A stretch of DNA of 64,000 nt from a virus. The stretch spans positions 1 to 64,000 of the IMG/VR virus record IMGVR_UViG_3300021512_000004. The stretch is one strand, 5' to 3'. Each line of letters begins with the position of its first letter. Positions within the stretch are counted from its first letter, which is position 1. Shown in pieces: positions 19,333-30,071 of the stretch. The position numbers and the translations under genes are program-made. Under the pieces are notes generated by a model. That model saw only the letters and a program-made list of their open reading frames with translations, was not told the origin of the DNA and made no database searches.

Positions 19333-20532
19333 CTACACGGTCAGGGTCATAACGTCAAAAGCGTCAGTGTACAGCTTATGAGACAGCTCGCCATAATCCA
19401 CACGGAAGCCAGTAGCTCGACGCAGAAGGAAGTTCTCTATCGCGCTGTAGTTAGCCGATATGTTGACTACCTTGCGAATAGCGAACCGACTATCAAGCCC
19501 GACAATCGTATTGGCGGGAATTACTCCGTCCTCTACAATCAACACTCGAGGAGCTTGGATAGACAGGTTATCCACTGTCATATCAATCGGGAACTCGCCG
19601 CCAGGAACAAACACAGTATCTCGACGTGGCTTGCCAGTACGAGCTTCAACAGCCAGAGCGGTATCAAGCGTCATAATAGTACGGTTGATATTTCTCTTCC
19701 GGTAATTAAGTCTCAGGTACTTAAGCCAAGCTTCGTGAGTAATAACCCCGGCAGCAACAATGCTGGAATCAAGAGTATCTGCCTGGAAAGTCGCAAGAGC
19801 TACTTCACCACGATCCACGTCACCAGCAACGATTCCAGAGATGTGCTCCTCAACCATACGAACACGCTCACCGCGAGCTTGAGCAGTCATAGCCAAAGAC
19901 ACAAGATCCAAGGTAGACGTGCTTTGAGCTTGATCAGAGATCATCAGGCCGATAGATTTGGTAGTGATGGTCTTACTAACTTCGCTGACAGTGATGCTCA
20001 CCATCGCGTCTGGCTCTGCCAATTGCGAGATAGGGTTGCTGGAGTTAGACTCTGGAGCCGTAACATTGATGATCGGTTGCTCAAACTTCGGACCAGAAAT
20101 CGTAGCCGTCTGGGCAATCATGCTTTCCCAACCAGAGAGGAAGTCATCGTGAGAGTTGCGAAGTTCACTTTCGATAGTTCGCATGATGATTTCAGGGAAC
20201 AGCAATCGACCTGACGCAGTGTTATTACCGCTGCCGTCATTTCGAGTGATTGCTCCAACCTGGATGCCGTCCTGGGCAACTGCCTTCATAGTAGGAGGCT
20301 TAATTCCTGTGGCAACGTCTTCACCAAGATACATCCCTGCACTGGCCATAAACTGACCAATAACAGTTCCGTACTTGCCTTCGTCAGTTTTGTTACCGTG
20401 CTGCTGAGTAAGGTACTGAGTCAGAGATAAGCCGTTATCCGCTGCAACCTGATACTCTTTAATATTGAAGGCCACCTCTTGCGCGTTTCCTTCGGAGTCT
20501 CGCAGCTTAAATACACTTTCGTTCTCGTTCAT
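19333..20532 (-). CDS. Major capsid protein
   Basis: 399 aa; follows the protease and decoration genes; followed by a terminator. Confidence 0.8.
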   Translation of the reverse strand: MNENESVFKLRDSEGNAQEVAFNIKEYQVAADNGLSLTQYLTQQHGNKTDEGKYGTVIGQFMASAGMYLGEDVATGIKPPTMKAVAQDGIQVGAITRNDGSGNNTASGRLLFPEIIMRTIESELRNSHDDFLSGWESMIAQTATISGPKFEQPIINVTAPESNSSNPISQLAEPDAMVSITVSEVSKTITTKSIGLMISDQAQSTSTLDLVSLAMTAQARGERVRMVEEHISGIVAGDVDRGEVALATFQADTLDSSIVAAGVITHEAWLKYLRLNYRKRNINRTIMTLDTALAVEARTGKPRRDTVFVPGGEFPIDMTVDNLSIQAPRVLIVEDGVIPANTIVGLDSRFAIRKVVNISANYSAIENFLLRRATGFRVDYGELSHKLYTDAFDVMTLTV

Positions 20533-20574
20533 AATAATGTCTGCCTTTTTAAAATTTAAGGGTAAGCTGCTAAG

Positions 20575-21021
20575 TTACACGCGCTCAATAATGATCGTAT
20601 CGCCAGAAGCTCCAGTCCCTGTAACAATGCGAACAATTCTCCAACGGAAGATTGTTGGAGAGCCTTCTTTAACCTTGGCTGCTCCTGCAGTACCTACTGC
20701 GGCCTGAGTGTCACCAACTGCATAGTTTCCTACAGTGACATTACCTACTTGAGCCGCTCCAACTTCCACCTCGACTCGACCATCCCGTTGGACTCCCCCA
20801 AAAGAAAATCCGGCATTGACTGTGTTGGGTTCTACAGAGGTCACAAACCCTTCGAGTTCATTGCCTCCTACCGCCAAAACATAGTTCTGGGCAGTTCCCA
20901 TCTTAACAGCTTTACCTACATCTCCAGTAATCCAGCCTTCGCCTGCGGCAGCGCCTAACGCAGCATCAGTGATGTCAGCAAAAGGGGAGTTAACTTTTAC
21001 ACCAAAATTGAAAGTACTCAT
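20575..21021 (-). CDS. Head decoration / capsid cement protein
   Basis: Small Gly/Ala/Val-rich protein between the protease and capsid genes; D.GKAVK motif. Confidence 0.65.
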   Translation of the reverse strand: MSTFNFGVKVNSPFADITDAALGAAAGEGWITGDVGKAVKMGTAQNYVLAVGGNELEGFVTSVEPNTVNAGFSFGGVQRDGRVEVEVGAAQVGNVTVGNYAVGDTQAAVGTAGAAKVKEGSPTIFRWRIVRIVTGTGASGDTIIIERV

Positions 21022-21041
21022 CTCTATTTCCTTTATTTAAT

Positions 21042-22529
21042 TTACTGAAGAGTCAGCTTACGGTTTGCATTCTCTACCGCGTGGTTTACTACAGACTTCT
21101 CTCCCTTCGAGTCCGCATCGCTTGGAACCTCAGCAGAAGCTCCTGCACGGTACTTAGCATTAAATATGCTGTGTACTCTGTTGTACTGGGAAATGACCAA
21201 AGAAACGTCCATTCCGTCCATCTTGGATACCATGCCTCCAAGGGGGAGCTGCATCCGGTTCGTGACGTCAATAACTATCTTGGTAAGTGCTACCTCCGTA
21301 GACTTCGCCTTAGTCAACTCAGACTGTGAAGCTGTCAGGTCGGCCTTGCTTTGTGCCAATTCAGTAGATAGCGAAGTTACCTTATCGAGCAAGGTTTCCA
21401 AAGTCTTATCAGGGGCAGCTTGAAGCGTAACTCCTTCCTCGACTTTGCCTTCAACTTCCTTAGCAGCTTCTTTACCTTCTTCTGCGGCAGCTTCAACTTT
21501 AGGGGCTTCTTTACCCTCCTCGGTTTCTGTGATCATTTTCGGATCAGCCAAAACCTCAGCTTCTGGAGCTCCAGAAGCGATGGCTGCTACTGCTTCCTTA
21601 GTTAGAACTTTTTTCTTCATATCAAACTCACTCAAGTTAATGTGTTGGTTGACCTCAAGACCTTCCACGTTGTTCTTGTGCTTACTGGAGATATGCTCAA
21701 CTACTCTGTCAAACGTATCTATTGAATCCACAAGACCTACAGGAACTGCCTCAGCCCCTATAAATACCCTGCCTTCTGCGGCAGTGGCTATTAAAGCTGG
21801 AATAGGGATACCTCGGTAGTCTGATACAGTCTCTAGGAATACATTATAAATGGAATCCATTTGGGCCTCTATCTGCTCACGGGCTTTACCATCCAACTTC
21901 TCATAAGGGGTTCCAAGACTCTTGTACTCCCCTTTACGAATAACTGTAACCTCTACTCCATCTTTCTTCAACCTCTCAGCATAACTGGCGTGAGTGGTTA
22001 TCACCCCGATGGAGCCTACTGTAGCCAACTTACCTGCGAATATTTCCTTGGAGCTTGACCCAAGCCAGTACCCTCCAGAGGCCATAACGGTGTCAGTGAA
22101 AGCATAAACGGGACAGAGGCTGTCATTCACCTCTCGAATGAAATCCGCAGCCCCGGAAACTCCCGACGCACTTCCCCCAGGCGTCCCCAGAAGCAGCAGG
22201 ACTGCTGACACTTCTGGGTGCTCTATCGCAGAGAAGACCGCATTTCTTATCTCCTCATAACTCACTACCCCAAAATACCGATTCCATCTATTGTTCTCAG
22301 TCACTAAAGGGCCGGAGATGCTGACTATTCCTACATTATTGTGGCGGGAGACCATGTATCCCATATCCCCAAACCCGTCTTGATCTTCATCTTCATCTTG
22401 AGGCCCGTATGAGGTGGATATAATGGCCTCAAGATCTTTTGGGGATGTCTCATTTACCTTAGTGAGGATATCTTGGTAAGTTTTAAAACTTCCCTCATCC
22501 CCTAACCAGATAGTGTGGTCGTTTTTCAC
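21042..22529 (-). CDS. S49 (SppA-like) prohead protease with a C-terminal scaffold region
   Basis: TPGGSASG, ASGGYWLGS, VGSIGVI and GEYKSLG motifs; charged coiled-coil C-terminus. Confidence 0.88.
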   Translation of the reverse strand: MKNDHTIWLGDEGSFKTYQDILTKVNETSPKDLEAIISTSYGPQDEDEDQDGFGDMGYMVSRHNNVGIVSISGPLVTENNRWNRYFGVVSYEEIRNAVFSAIEHPEVSAVLLLLGTPGGSASGVSGAADFIREVNDSLCPVYAFTDTVMASGGYWLGSSSKEIFAGKLATVGSIGVITTHASYAERLKKDGVEVTVIRKGEYKSLGTPYEKLDGKAREQIEAQMDSIYNVFLETVSDYRGIPIPALIATAAEGRVFIGAEAVPVGLVDSIDTFDRVVEHISSKHKNNVEGLEVNQHINLSEFDMKKKVLTKEAVAAIASGAPEAEVLADPKMITETEEGKEAPKVEAAAEEGKEAAKEVEGKVEEGVTLQAAPDKTLETLLDKVTSLSTELAQSKADLTASQSELTKAKSTEVALTKIVIDVTNRMQLPLGGMVSKMDGMDVSLVISQYNRVHSIFNAKYRAGASAEVPSDADSKGEKSVVNHAVENANRKLTLQ

Positions 22530-23980
22530 TGACTTTCTCCTCCAGCTTTATTCGGTTGGTCGGACTGAAGAGCCCTACCCTGTGGGTCAGAATTTGGGGA
22601 CACTTTATCCACGTCTATTCCTTTCTGACCTCTCATAAAAAATGTTCCACTCAAAGGTGGAGCTCCTTCTGGCCTTGGTCCGGTTCCCAGCATGTCTGCA
22701 GCTTGAGAGTCGGAAATAAATCCTTCAGATAAAAGTGTCAGTATCCGCGCCTGCTTCATGGTCTTGAAGGCTTCTAGCTCATCCTCAGGCCGGAGATTAA
22801 TAGGTGCGAATCTAAACCTAACGTAAACGTCAGAACCGAACAACCTTACTGCCAAGGTCATCAGTCTTGATAGGTTCTCCTCAACTGGGCGCTGGATACC
22901 TCTGGCCACTTTCAGAAACACCAGGCTCTCAGTGTTAGACAAGCTCTGAGAGCCGTTTATTCTTAACCCGAGGATTGATGGGGATATCTTCAAAGAGGTT
23001 GCCAACTGTCCTGATAGGGCGTTCATTAAGGGGACGTAATCTGCTTTCTCTCCCTCAGCCTTAACTAGGTCAACCTTACAACTATCGTAGGATACAATAG
23101 AATCCTCAGGAGCTAAGTTCTTCACCTCATCCTCAACAGTAGACCTTATCTGTTCCAGCCATACTTGGAGCTTTTCTGGATCTCCTTTTACATCGTCAGG
23201 AGCTGCAGCTACCACCTTCTCGGAGTCCAGAGTGAAAGTCAGCCTTCCATGACCTTGCCTGCGAACCGCTCTTCTCATCTCCTCAATAAACTCTCCAAAA
23301 TGGAAAGTAGAGGACAAGGAGGCGGACATCATGGTGGTGGCGTAAGCCTTGTTAGCGTGTTTATGTAGCTCAGAGATAAACATGGTCGCTAGATCAAGTG
23401 AGATCTGGTCGCCAGTGGCTGACTCTTGTTGAGGATACTTGGTACCATCCCCTCTCGAGACCCAGGACAAGGTGTCATAAGGGATGACGTTAACTCTATC
23501 TGGAAGTCTGGACTTGTTCAGAACCAGCTCTTGAGCTAACGCCCCAGTAGTGATGACCTCCAGGAGGGAGGTTTCCAAAATACCTGCAATGGATCGCTTG
23601 TCAGCAAACCCTTTAGAATAATCGTGCAAGGTGTCTAGGCTGGCCATAACAGATCTGGCCGTTTGAGTGCCTTCCTCGCTAAACTGGTGAGTAGTGGTGT
23701 CGTAGGCTTTCACAGAGAAATCGTTATTGGCAACCTCAACAAAGGAGAATATCGCCGCAGACAGGGTTCCATCTTGTCTATCCAAAGCTCGAATAGCCGC
23801 AATGTCATCGTTCCTGGCTCTGAGAGCTGTTATAGATGAGTTCAGGGACTGCAAACTCTCCCTAGGAATAGCATCTCCCTTCCCAGTTGCAGAAGCTGAA
23901 GTGTCGGCTACGGCTTTTGTCGGAACCTTCCTTGGGAGGGTGATTCCAATCCCTGAGGCTGCATTAGATTTGTTTGCCAT
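22526..23980 (-). CDS. Portal protein
   Basis: 484 aa, between the terminase and protease genes. Confidence 0.75.
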   Translation of the reverse strand: MANKSNAASGIGITLPRKVPTKAVADTSASATGKGDAIPRESLQSLNSSITALRARNDDIAAIRALDRQDGTLSAAIFSFVEVANNDFSVKAYDTTTHQFSEEGTQTARSVMASLDTLHDYSKGFADKRSIAGILETSLLEVITTGALAQELVLNKSRLPDRVNVIPYDTLSWVSRGDGTKYPQQESATGDQISLDLATMFISELHKHANKAYATTMMSASLSSTFHFGEFIEEMRRAVRRQGHGRLTFTLDSEKVVAAAPDDVKGDPEKLQVWLEQIRSTVEDEVKNLAPEDSIVSYDSCKVDLVKAEGEKADYVPLMNALSGQLATSLKISPSILGLRINGSQSLSNTESLVFLKVARGIQRPVEENLSRLMTLAVRLFGSDVYVRFRFAPINLRPEDELEAFKTMKQARILTLLSEGFISDSQAADMLGTGPRPEGAPPLSGTFFMRGQKGIDVDKVSPNSDPQGRALQSDQPNKAGGESQ

Positions 23981-23995
23981 TAAACGTAACCCATA

Positions 23996-25765
23996 TTAAC
24001 TGAACCCGTACCGACTTACGGCTGGCTGATCAGAGGACATATCCTTCATCTTTACCTTGCCCACCATAGGAAGGCAAGGTACTGCATTATTAATCAAACC
24101 CTCTGAGCAAGCTACCTTCTTAGCAATGGTAGCAAAAAGTAGAGAGTGTGCGTAGTGGTCATCGCCAGTATTTGTCCAATAACTAACTAATTCCCCTATA
24201 TTATTTTTTTGATCTATCCTCTTCATGGACTTAACATGGTCAAGAATGGTCTTGAATTCTGGGCCATCCCCTATAGTAACCCTCTTGGAGTTTACATCCT
24301 TAACAAGATCATCAAAACATCCGGTTCTGTAGGACTTACACACCTGAGACTCTACATCAAACTGAGTGTTTTTTAAATTCCTGCCTGCGGTCCGAGTATA
24401 ATAATTGGCCCAAACAATTCCAACTGGGCAGGCGTCTATGAGGAACGCTGCCACACTGAAATCTGGAGCCGCGTCCACAACCCCGGCAACACACCCAAAA
24501 TTCTTCATGAGTTGAAGAACCCGAGTACCTAAATAATTCTTACCGTCCTGTCGAATACGCTCTGCGTAGATCACTCTCCCGCCGCTGATACCTGGCAATG
24601 TCAAGACAGTGAACCAACTGGTCTTACCTACGTCCAGACCAAAGACCGTATTGCCTGCTTGAACCGTAGTCTCTCCGTCCAAAGGTTTGCTCAGGGATGG
24701 GAATGTGGAGCCCTCCTTTATCGGGCCTTCTAAGAAAGAAGTCTCAGCGTCAGAGAAAGGGAGGCCGACTTTAAAATTAACCCAGTCTTTCTTCCTATCA
24801 TAATCTTGGATCTGCGCTAGAGTTCTTCTAATCGGGTTTATCTCTGGAACATCCAACGGGCTTACCTGATAACCTCTGAACAGCTTATTCGGAGCCTCAT
24901 GCACCCATGCTCGCTCCTTTGGGTTGAGCCAGTGCTTAGCGTCTATGGGGTTTGTACAGACATCACATCGGATGAACGCCTTGGATATGTCTACTCTCGG
25001 ATCCTCGAGATCTTCCTTATCAAAGGTGTGCAGGGTTCCGTCATATCCAGGGATCTCCACAAAATCCATAAAGTTGGGGGATACTTGGTCCAGACAGTGA
25101 GGGCATCTGACCGTGTACTTCCCTCGGCTTGAGGAGCTGTATGCCTTATTTATCCCAAACCCTTCTACAGTAGGGGTAGAGAATAGCCTCTCAAAATACT
25201 CCCCCTCCTTGGCGTGACCAAGACGTGAGTTGTAGGTAGTCAAAACCTCCTGATTACAGAAGTCTACCTCGTCCTTAAACAGTCCTTGCGCCGGTACAGA
25301 GATTGCGGACTGTTGTCCATAAGTTCCACTCACATACAAAAAGGACTGCCCTATCTGCTTCATCTCTGCGGAGTCATTCTTAGAGCTTGCTGCAGAGCTT
25401 AGGGTTGGACTGTCCTGCATCACCGGGTCAATTCTACCTTTGGTAAACTTCTTAGCGATGCCTGCTGTTGGTAGGACGTAGATCAGAGTGAATTTCTTTA
25501 ATAGGTACAGGAGGGCTAAGGCCAGTCGAAGCTGTAGTTCAGAAGCTCCAACCTGAGAGCATTTCTGAACGCAGAGCTGAGCTGCTGTATCGGAAACAAC
25601 GTCTATCTGGTATTCGTGGCCGTCGAACGTCCACAATTTTCCGGCATCCGTAGGGTGTGCGGTGTTCTTCTCCAGCCATTGTGGGATCTTGCTCAGGTCT
25701 GTGGTGTTTGATGACTGTATTCTGAGTCTGTCCAGATAGAGCCTGTAGTCTTTATGTAATGACAC
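23996..25765 (-). CDS. terL: Terminase large subunit (lambda GpA-like)
   Basis: Walker A-like KCSQVGASE, Walker B FKDEVD, STPT, CPHC/CDVC zinc motif, GLDVG nuclease aspartate and DDHYAHS. Confidence 0.88.
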   Translation of the reverse strand: MSLHKDYRLYLDRLRIQSSNTTDLSKIPQWLEKNTAHPTDAGKLWTFDGHEYQIDVVSDTAAQLCVQKCSQVGASELQLRLALALLYLLKKFTLIYVLPTAGIAKKFTKGRIDPVMQDSPTLSSAASSKNDSAEMKQIGQSFLYVSGTYGQQSAISVPAQGLFKDEVDFCNQEVLTTYNSRLGHAKEGEYFERLFSTPTVEGFGINKAYSSSSRGKYTVRCPHCLDQVSPNFMDFVEIPGYDGTLHTFDKEDLEDPRVDISKAFIRCDVCTNPIDAKHWLNPKERAWVHEAPNKLFRGYQVSPLDVPEINPIRRTLAQIQDYDRKKDWVNFKVGLPFSDAETSFLEGPIKEGSTFPSLSKPLDGETTVQAGNTVFGLDVGKTSWFTVLTLPGISGGRVIYAERIRQDGKNYLGTRVLQLMKNFGCVAGVVDAAPDFSVAAFLIDACPVGIVWANYYTRTAGRNLKNTQFDVESQVCKSYRTGCFDDLVKDVNSKRVTIGDGPEFKTILDHVKSMKRIDQKNNIGELVSYWTNTGDDHYAHSLLFATIAKKVACSEGLINNAVPCLPMVGKVKMKDMSSDQPAVSRYGFS

Positions 25766-25811
25766 AATCTACTTCCACCAACTCTACGTCTGAGACTCTG
25801 ACCAACTGATC

Positions 25812-25848
25812 TAAAGATGTAGAGGAGGATACCCTCTCTACATCTTTA
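25812..25848. repeat. Hairpin upstream of terL
   Basis: TAAAGATGTAGAG...CTCTACATCTTTA stem. Confidence 0.6.
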
Positions 25849-25905
25849 ACTGAGTTAGACTCCTCGACCAACGAAGAGTGTCCGACGAGTTGATCAAGTT
25901 CCATC

Positions 25906-26229
25906 CTAACTCCTATCTAAACCGCGAATTGGCGTTTTCCACTTAGCGTTGCCTTTGGAACTTGATAAGGTAACGACAGCGTACAGCTGCTGTTCATCGC
26001 TGACGGGGAGGGTCCCAGGTAGAGTGTATCTATAGGTTCCCGGTAGATTAGACACTTCCGCTAAGGTAACTGGCCACGAAATAGAGGTAAGCGGAGTGTC
26101 GCTCTCATCATAAACTGTAGCTAAGATGACGGCTCCGCTTATTATCTTGTTAGTAACTTGGTCACGGATATCTCCGGCCTGGAGCACCATGTCGTTCCCA
26201 ACAAGAAAAACCTGTATCTGGTCATCCAC
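25906..26229 (-). CDS. Hypothetical Ig-like virion protein
   Basis: Beta-rich, G.YRY motif; in the late operon. Confidence 0.45.
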   Translation of the reverse strand: MDDQIQVFLVGNDMVLQAGDIRDQVTNKIISGAVILATVYDESDTPLTSISWPVTLAEVSNLPGTYRYTLPGTLPVSDEQQLYAVVTLSSSKGNAKWKTPIRGLDRS

Positions 26230-26231
26230 GA

Positions 26232-26507
26232 TTAGGACGCCTGTGAGTTCTTCTGTACCACCGCGTCTGGTTGAATCGTCTTAGTTGCAGCCCCCAATGA
26301 GCCGTCACCATTGACAATCCGGGAACCTGGGATTCTCTCCCCTTGCTCTCCAGTGTCAAAATCTTTAGCCCACCCTAACCCTATCCACTTATCGGCAATA
26401 GCCTTAGGAAGCGTAGAAACGTCCCCTTCGTAAAAGGGCTCAGGATATCCAGGCTCTTTAATGGTTTCTTCTGTTACCTGTACTCGCCTTCGGTCGGTCA
26501 TTTTCAC
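26232..26507 (-). CDS. Hypothetical protein
   Basis: ORF in the operon with an RBS. Confidence 0.5.
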   Translation of the reverse strand: MKMTDRRRVQVTEETIKEPGYPEPFYEGDVSTLPKAIADKWIGLGWAKDFDTGEQGERIPGSRIVNGDGSLGAATKTIQPDAVVQKNSQAS

Positions 26508-26512
26508 TTCCT

Positions 26513-26884
26513 CTAGGTTGGGTCGCCAATTTCGTGAGCATGAGCGCCTACATCAACAGTACCGCCAGAAGTAAGGGCTTGACTTGTGCAAGTAGTTACT
26601 CGCCGCAGAGAGGTGTCTCCGCTGTTAGCAATAGCAACGTGATCGGCAGTTCCAGAGGCGTCGATAGCCAGCCCTGTCTTTGCTGCCAAAGTTGACTTAC
26701 GGCCACTTGTGTCGCCGTTTGCCGTAGTAAAATCTGTTGCTGGAACCAAAGTGTCGATAGCCAGTTTGAACGTGGTAATCGCTTCGGTATAGGTGGTAGG
26801 TTGGCCAGCACATACGCACAGCCTGTCACCCTCCCCTAAATCTAATTGTGCATCAATAATTGAATCTGCTAACGCCTTAGCCAT
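26513..26884 (-). CDS. Probable virion structural protein
   Basis: Ala/Thr-rich; NGDTSGRK and SGTADHVA motifs common in phage virion proteins. Confidence 0.55.
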   Translation of the reverse strand: MAKALADSIIDAQLDLGEGDRLCVCAGQPTTYTEAITTFKLAIDTLVPATDFTTANGDTSGRKSTLAAKTGLAIDASGTADHVAIANSGDTSLRRVTTCTSQALTSGGTVDVGAHAHEIGDPT

Positions 26885-26895
26885 CTACCCAATCC

Positions 26896-29229
26896 TCAGT
26901 TAATTGTTACTTTCCCAGTTATCACTTCTTCAATAATAACACTACCTTCAACTTTCGTATAGAGTACCAACCTTCCTGAAATCCTTCCTAAGACTGCTCC
27001 CCCCAAACCTATAATCTCTAATATCTGACTTTGGGTGAGAGACTCCACGGCTAGAACCCCGTATTCAGTTAAAGCCGGGGAGTCAATTACCTGTAGCTGC
27101 CCAACGTCCGCTACGGATATAGCTGCGGATACAGACAAAGTAATCTGCTCCAACTCTTGAGATTGAAGTAGGGCGTCTACGAGTAATACGTTATTTTGCA
27201 CTAGCAGAGGGGCGTCTAAGGACTGGGATTGAGTCATAGTATCCCCAACCAATACCCCAGACACCAGCAATATAGACTCATCTAAGGACTGGGATTGCAG
27301 TATCTGATCTGAAGATAAAACACTATGGGTAGTCAGTGTTGGGAGGCTAATCTCTTGCTGCTGACCCATCCCGTGAATCGTTATCTGCGCCACTCCGCCG
27401 ATAGTTGGGGAGCTGTACGTCTGGCCTTGGGAGGACCCTTCCGGGGTTATCTGTCCATGCTGCTGAAGGGTTGGGGAACCATACCCCTGACCCTGTTGCA
27501 CTGCCTGAGCAATAATAGACGCAGCTATTGATAAGCTAACCCCCTGTAGAGACTGAGACTGGTTTAATCCTCCTGGGTAAACGATGTTCTTCTGAGTTAA
27601 AGTCGGAGGGCCTATCGACTGTAGTTGGCCAATAGTTTCCGCAGTTAATATATGAGCCTGAGTTAAAGTCGGAGGGCCTATCGACTGTAGTTGGCCAATA
27701 GTTTCCGCAGAGATAACACTGTGCTGGGTGATTACCGGGGAGTCAAAGGAATGCAATTGCTCAATAGAATTCGGAGTGACATTACTCCCCTGCGTCAAAG
27801 TGATATTACTTAGGATCTGGGATTGGCTAATCAAATTTGAAAAAATGCTATTAGCCTGAGTTAAAACCGGACTGCCAAATGACTGGGATTGGTTGAGAGG
27901 CTGTAGGACTAGGGCAACCCCTGCTACAAAATCAACTGTAAACGTAGGTGCAGCAACTACCGCAGATGCGCTCGTTACAAGAGCTGTGGCCGGTATAGTC
28001 GCTGTGATCGTTTCCTGCGCTGTTATGTCATACGCTGCCCCTGCCGTAAGAGTGATTGTGACAACTGTGTCGCTTGTGCGTGCAACCGATGTTACAACTT
28101 CTTTATCTCTTACCTCGTTATTCCAGCCGAGTGTTTCTGTCTGTGCTGAATCGAGGCCATCAATAACATTCTGCCTCTGCGCGTCAAATGTCGCACCTGC
28201 CGCAACCCATGTGTCGCCGGTTAGCGTCAAGATGATTGTCTTGCCACCAGTGACAATATCGCTTTCTGAGATGCTAGATGTTGCTGTGCCGGTTAATGCT
28301 GCGCTGCTACCGGTAGCAGCATACTGGTCGAATCCTATATCCCAAGGCGCTGCTCGAGTATCCCCATCGACATCATCCGAAAACGGATAATCTGGATCGG
28401 AGCTTAAATCTGTGCCATACCCTATCGCCCCTGCATCCGTTGATGCCAGATGGTAATCATCGTTAGCTGCATCCTCGAAAGTGAACGTCTGGTTTATTCT
28501 GTTGCCTGTGCCACCAGCATCATCTGCTGTGGCATCGGCAGACGCGCAATAAGCCACATTATTGCTTACATGCAAATTAAAATCTGTGCCGTTTCCTGCG
28601 CCAAGACAGTTTTTATAATACACTGTATCCGGTACGTATAGCACATTGGACGCAAAGCCGGTACCACTACAGTCAACCGCTGTACAGGAGTGCAAATGCG
28701 AGCTTAACCTCGCAGCAGTACTCCAGAGCATGAATCCAACAGAGCACTCGTATGCCAAGCAGTTTCTAAGATAGTGTTTAAACGAAACACTGGAAAAACT
28801 TTCAAACCCATGCCGACCCCCCTTACAGATACAGGATTCAACTTTAACTGAACTCGCACCTCCCAGCGTTATTCCGGTACCGTTAGAATCTGTATTGATA
28901 ACATCCAGACCTTCCAGCACCATATAGTCAGCATGCAAGCCAATTAGCGGAACCCATGCCAAACCTTTTTGTATAAAGAACCCAGTTTGCGGGATGCCTG
29001 TATGCCTTTCCGTCACTGGCGTCATAACTCTGATATATCGTGTAGCGTCAGTCGTCCACCCAGCGACATTTACGCTATCTACCAGACCCCCAGGCCAGTC
29101 GTTATAACACTCCAATACCTCCTGCTCATCCAGCGCAACGAGATCTCTCTGCTCTCCAGCCTCCCACGCTGACATCGTGGTGTAGTCACCACCACTGGAT
29201 CTGAGCGTGTGTGTTACAAGAGTTGCCAT
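26896..29229 (-). CDS. Fibre/spike-like virion protein with a beta-helix-like N-terminal domain and about 22-aa Gln-rich repeats
   Basis: GDYTT..AWE start, DYHL...D.GA...G..WDIGFDQ motif, repeated Q.Q....P.LTQ units. Confidence 0.65.
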   Translation of the reverse strand: MATLVTHTLRSSGGDYTTMSAWEAGEQRDLVALDEQEVLECYNDWPGGLVDSVNVAGWTTDATRYIRVMTPVTERHTGIPQTGFFIQKGLAWVPLIGLHADYMVLEGLDVINTDSNGTGITLGGASSVKVESCICKGGRHGFESFSSVSFKHYLRNCLAYECSVGFMLWSTAARLSSHLHSCTAVDCSGTGFASNVLYVPDTVYYKNCLGAGNGTDFNLHVSNNVAYCASADATADDAGGTGNRINQTFTFEDAANDDYHLASTDAGAIGYGTDLSSDPDYPFSDDVDGDTRAAPWDIGFDQYAATGSSAALTGTATSSISESDIVTGGKTIILTLTGDTWVAAGATFDAQRQNVIDGLDSAQTETLGWNNEVRDKEVVTSVARTSDTVVTITLTAGAAYDITAQETITATIPATALVTSASAVVAAPTFTVDFVAGVALVLQPLNQSQSFGSPVLTQANSIFSNLISQSQILSNITLTQGSNVTPNSIEQLHSFDSPVITQHSVISAETIGQLQSIGPPTLTQAHILTAETIGQLQSIGPPTLTQKNIVYPGGLNQSQSLQGVSLSIAASIIAQAVQQGQGYGSPTLQQHGQITPEGSSQGQTYSSPTIGGVAQITIHGMGQQQEISLPTLTTHSVLSSDQILQSQSLDESILLVSGVLVGDTMTQSQSLDAPLLVQNNVLLVDALLQSQELEQITLSVSAAISVADVGQLQVIDSPALTEYGVLAVESLTQSQILEIIGLGGAVLGRISGRLVLYTKVEGSVIIEEVITGKVTIN
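27592..27710. repeat. Exact 53-bp tandem duplication with a 66-bp period inside the fibre gene
   Basis: 27592-27644 is identical to 27658-27710. Confidence 0.9.
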
Positions 29230-29233
29230 CGTC

Positions 29234-29524
29234 CTAGCTGATTACCGCAGTTTTGCCAGTAAATGCGAGTATCTTGTTGTATAGCGCCGTTTTAATCGGG
29301 GCGTAAACATCTGTACCAGCAATTGTGCTGGCGTCAACAATAGCCCCAGAAAAGTCAGGGCCAGTCAGTGTTAGCATGCCCTCGCCCACTTTCGCATCAT
29401 CCGAATCCAATTTGTCATAACTGACGTGGATTTCCTCCCGCGTCAGATCAATCGTAAAATCTGTAATTTTGTACTTGCTTGCCGTAGTCGCGATCACTTC
29501 CTCGGTATCTAATTGTGCTGGCAT
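29234..29524 (-). CDS. Hypothetical protein
   Basis: ORF in the operon. Confidence 0.55.
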   Translation of the reverse strand: MPAQLDTEEVIATTASKYKITDFTIDLTREEIHVSYDKLDSDDAKVGEGMLTLTGPDFSGAIVDASTIAGTDVYAPIKTALYNKILAFTGKTAVIS

Positions 29525-29880
29525 CAGGATATCCTCTTATCTAAGATTTGGTTTGTATCATCAAGGTTAATCTTATGTCGCCTGCGGGTTTTTACAGGGC
29601 GTTCACGCTGGCTCAACAGTCGCTTTAGTTTGGGCAGCTTTAATGCAGACCTTGGCACACTCTCTCGCAAACTGAGATTGTCCTCGCTACAGAGATAGTG
29701 ATAATCTTCTGGTGGCCCTGGTAAGTCTACAACTCGAAAAGCGGGTGGACCTTCTTTATTACCAAACACATGACCATCAGGCAACACCGTAACTACATCC
29801 CCCCGCTTATATGAGCCAGCAATGTCCTTGCTGATGTCAGAATTAATATAGTCTTGAGCTTTAACTAAAAGCCTTGCCAT
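29524..29880 (-). CDS. Hypothetical phage protein
   Basis: YKRGDVV.V.PDGH.FG.KE motif; ORF in the operon. Confidence 0.55.
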   Translation of the reverse strand: MARLLVKAQDYINSDISKDIAGSYKRGDVVTVLPDGHVFGNKEGPPAFRVVDLPGPPEDYHYLCSEDNLSLRESVPRSALKLPKLKRLLSQRERPVKTRRRHKINLDDTNQILDKRIS

Positions 29881-30071
29881 CTTTAATCGCCCTTATTTAG
29901 CCCTGCTCATGCCAGCTACGCCAGCTGTCACTCGGCAGTTTTTGTCTATAGTCAACTCAGCAGATCGCATGACCCTGACCGATGTAATCGTGACCTCGCA
30001 CTCGGGCGTCTTGTACTCGTATCGAGCAAAGCCCGAGAGCAGCGCAACTACCAGAATGATTGCTGCACTTG

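Noticed and set aside
19378-20214. 278-aa plus-strand ORF
   Set aside because: Antisense shadow of the major capsid gene with no recognisable motifs; the same applies to most plus-strand ORFs from 1 to 32 kb.
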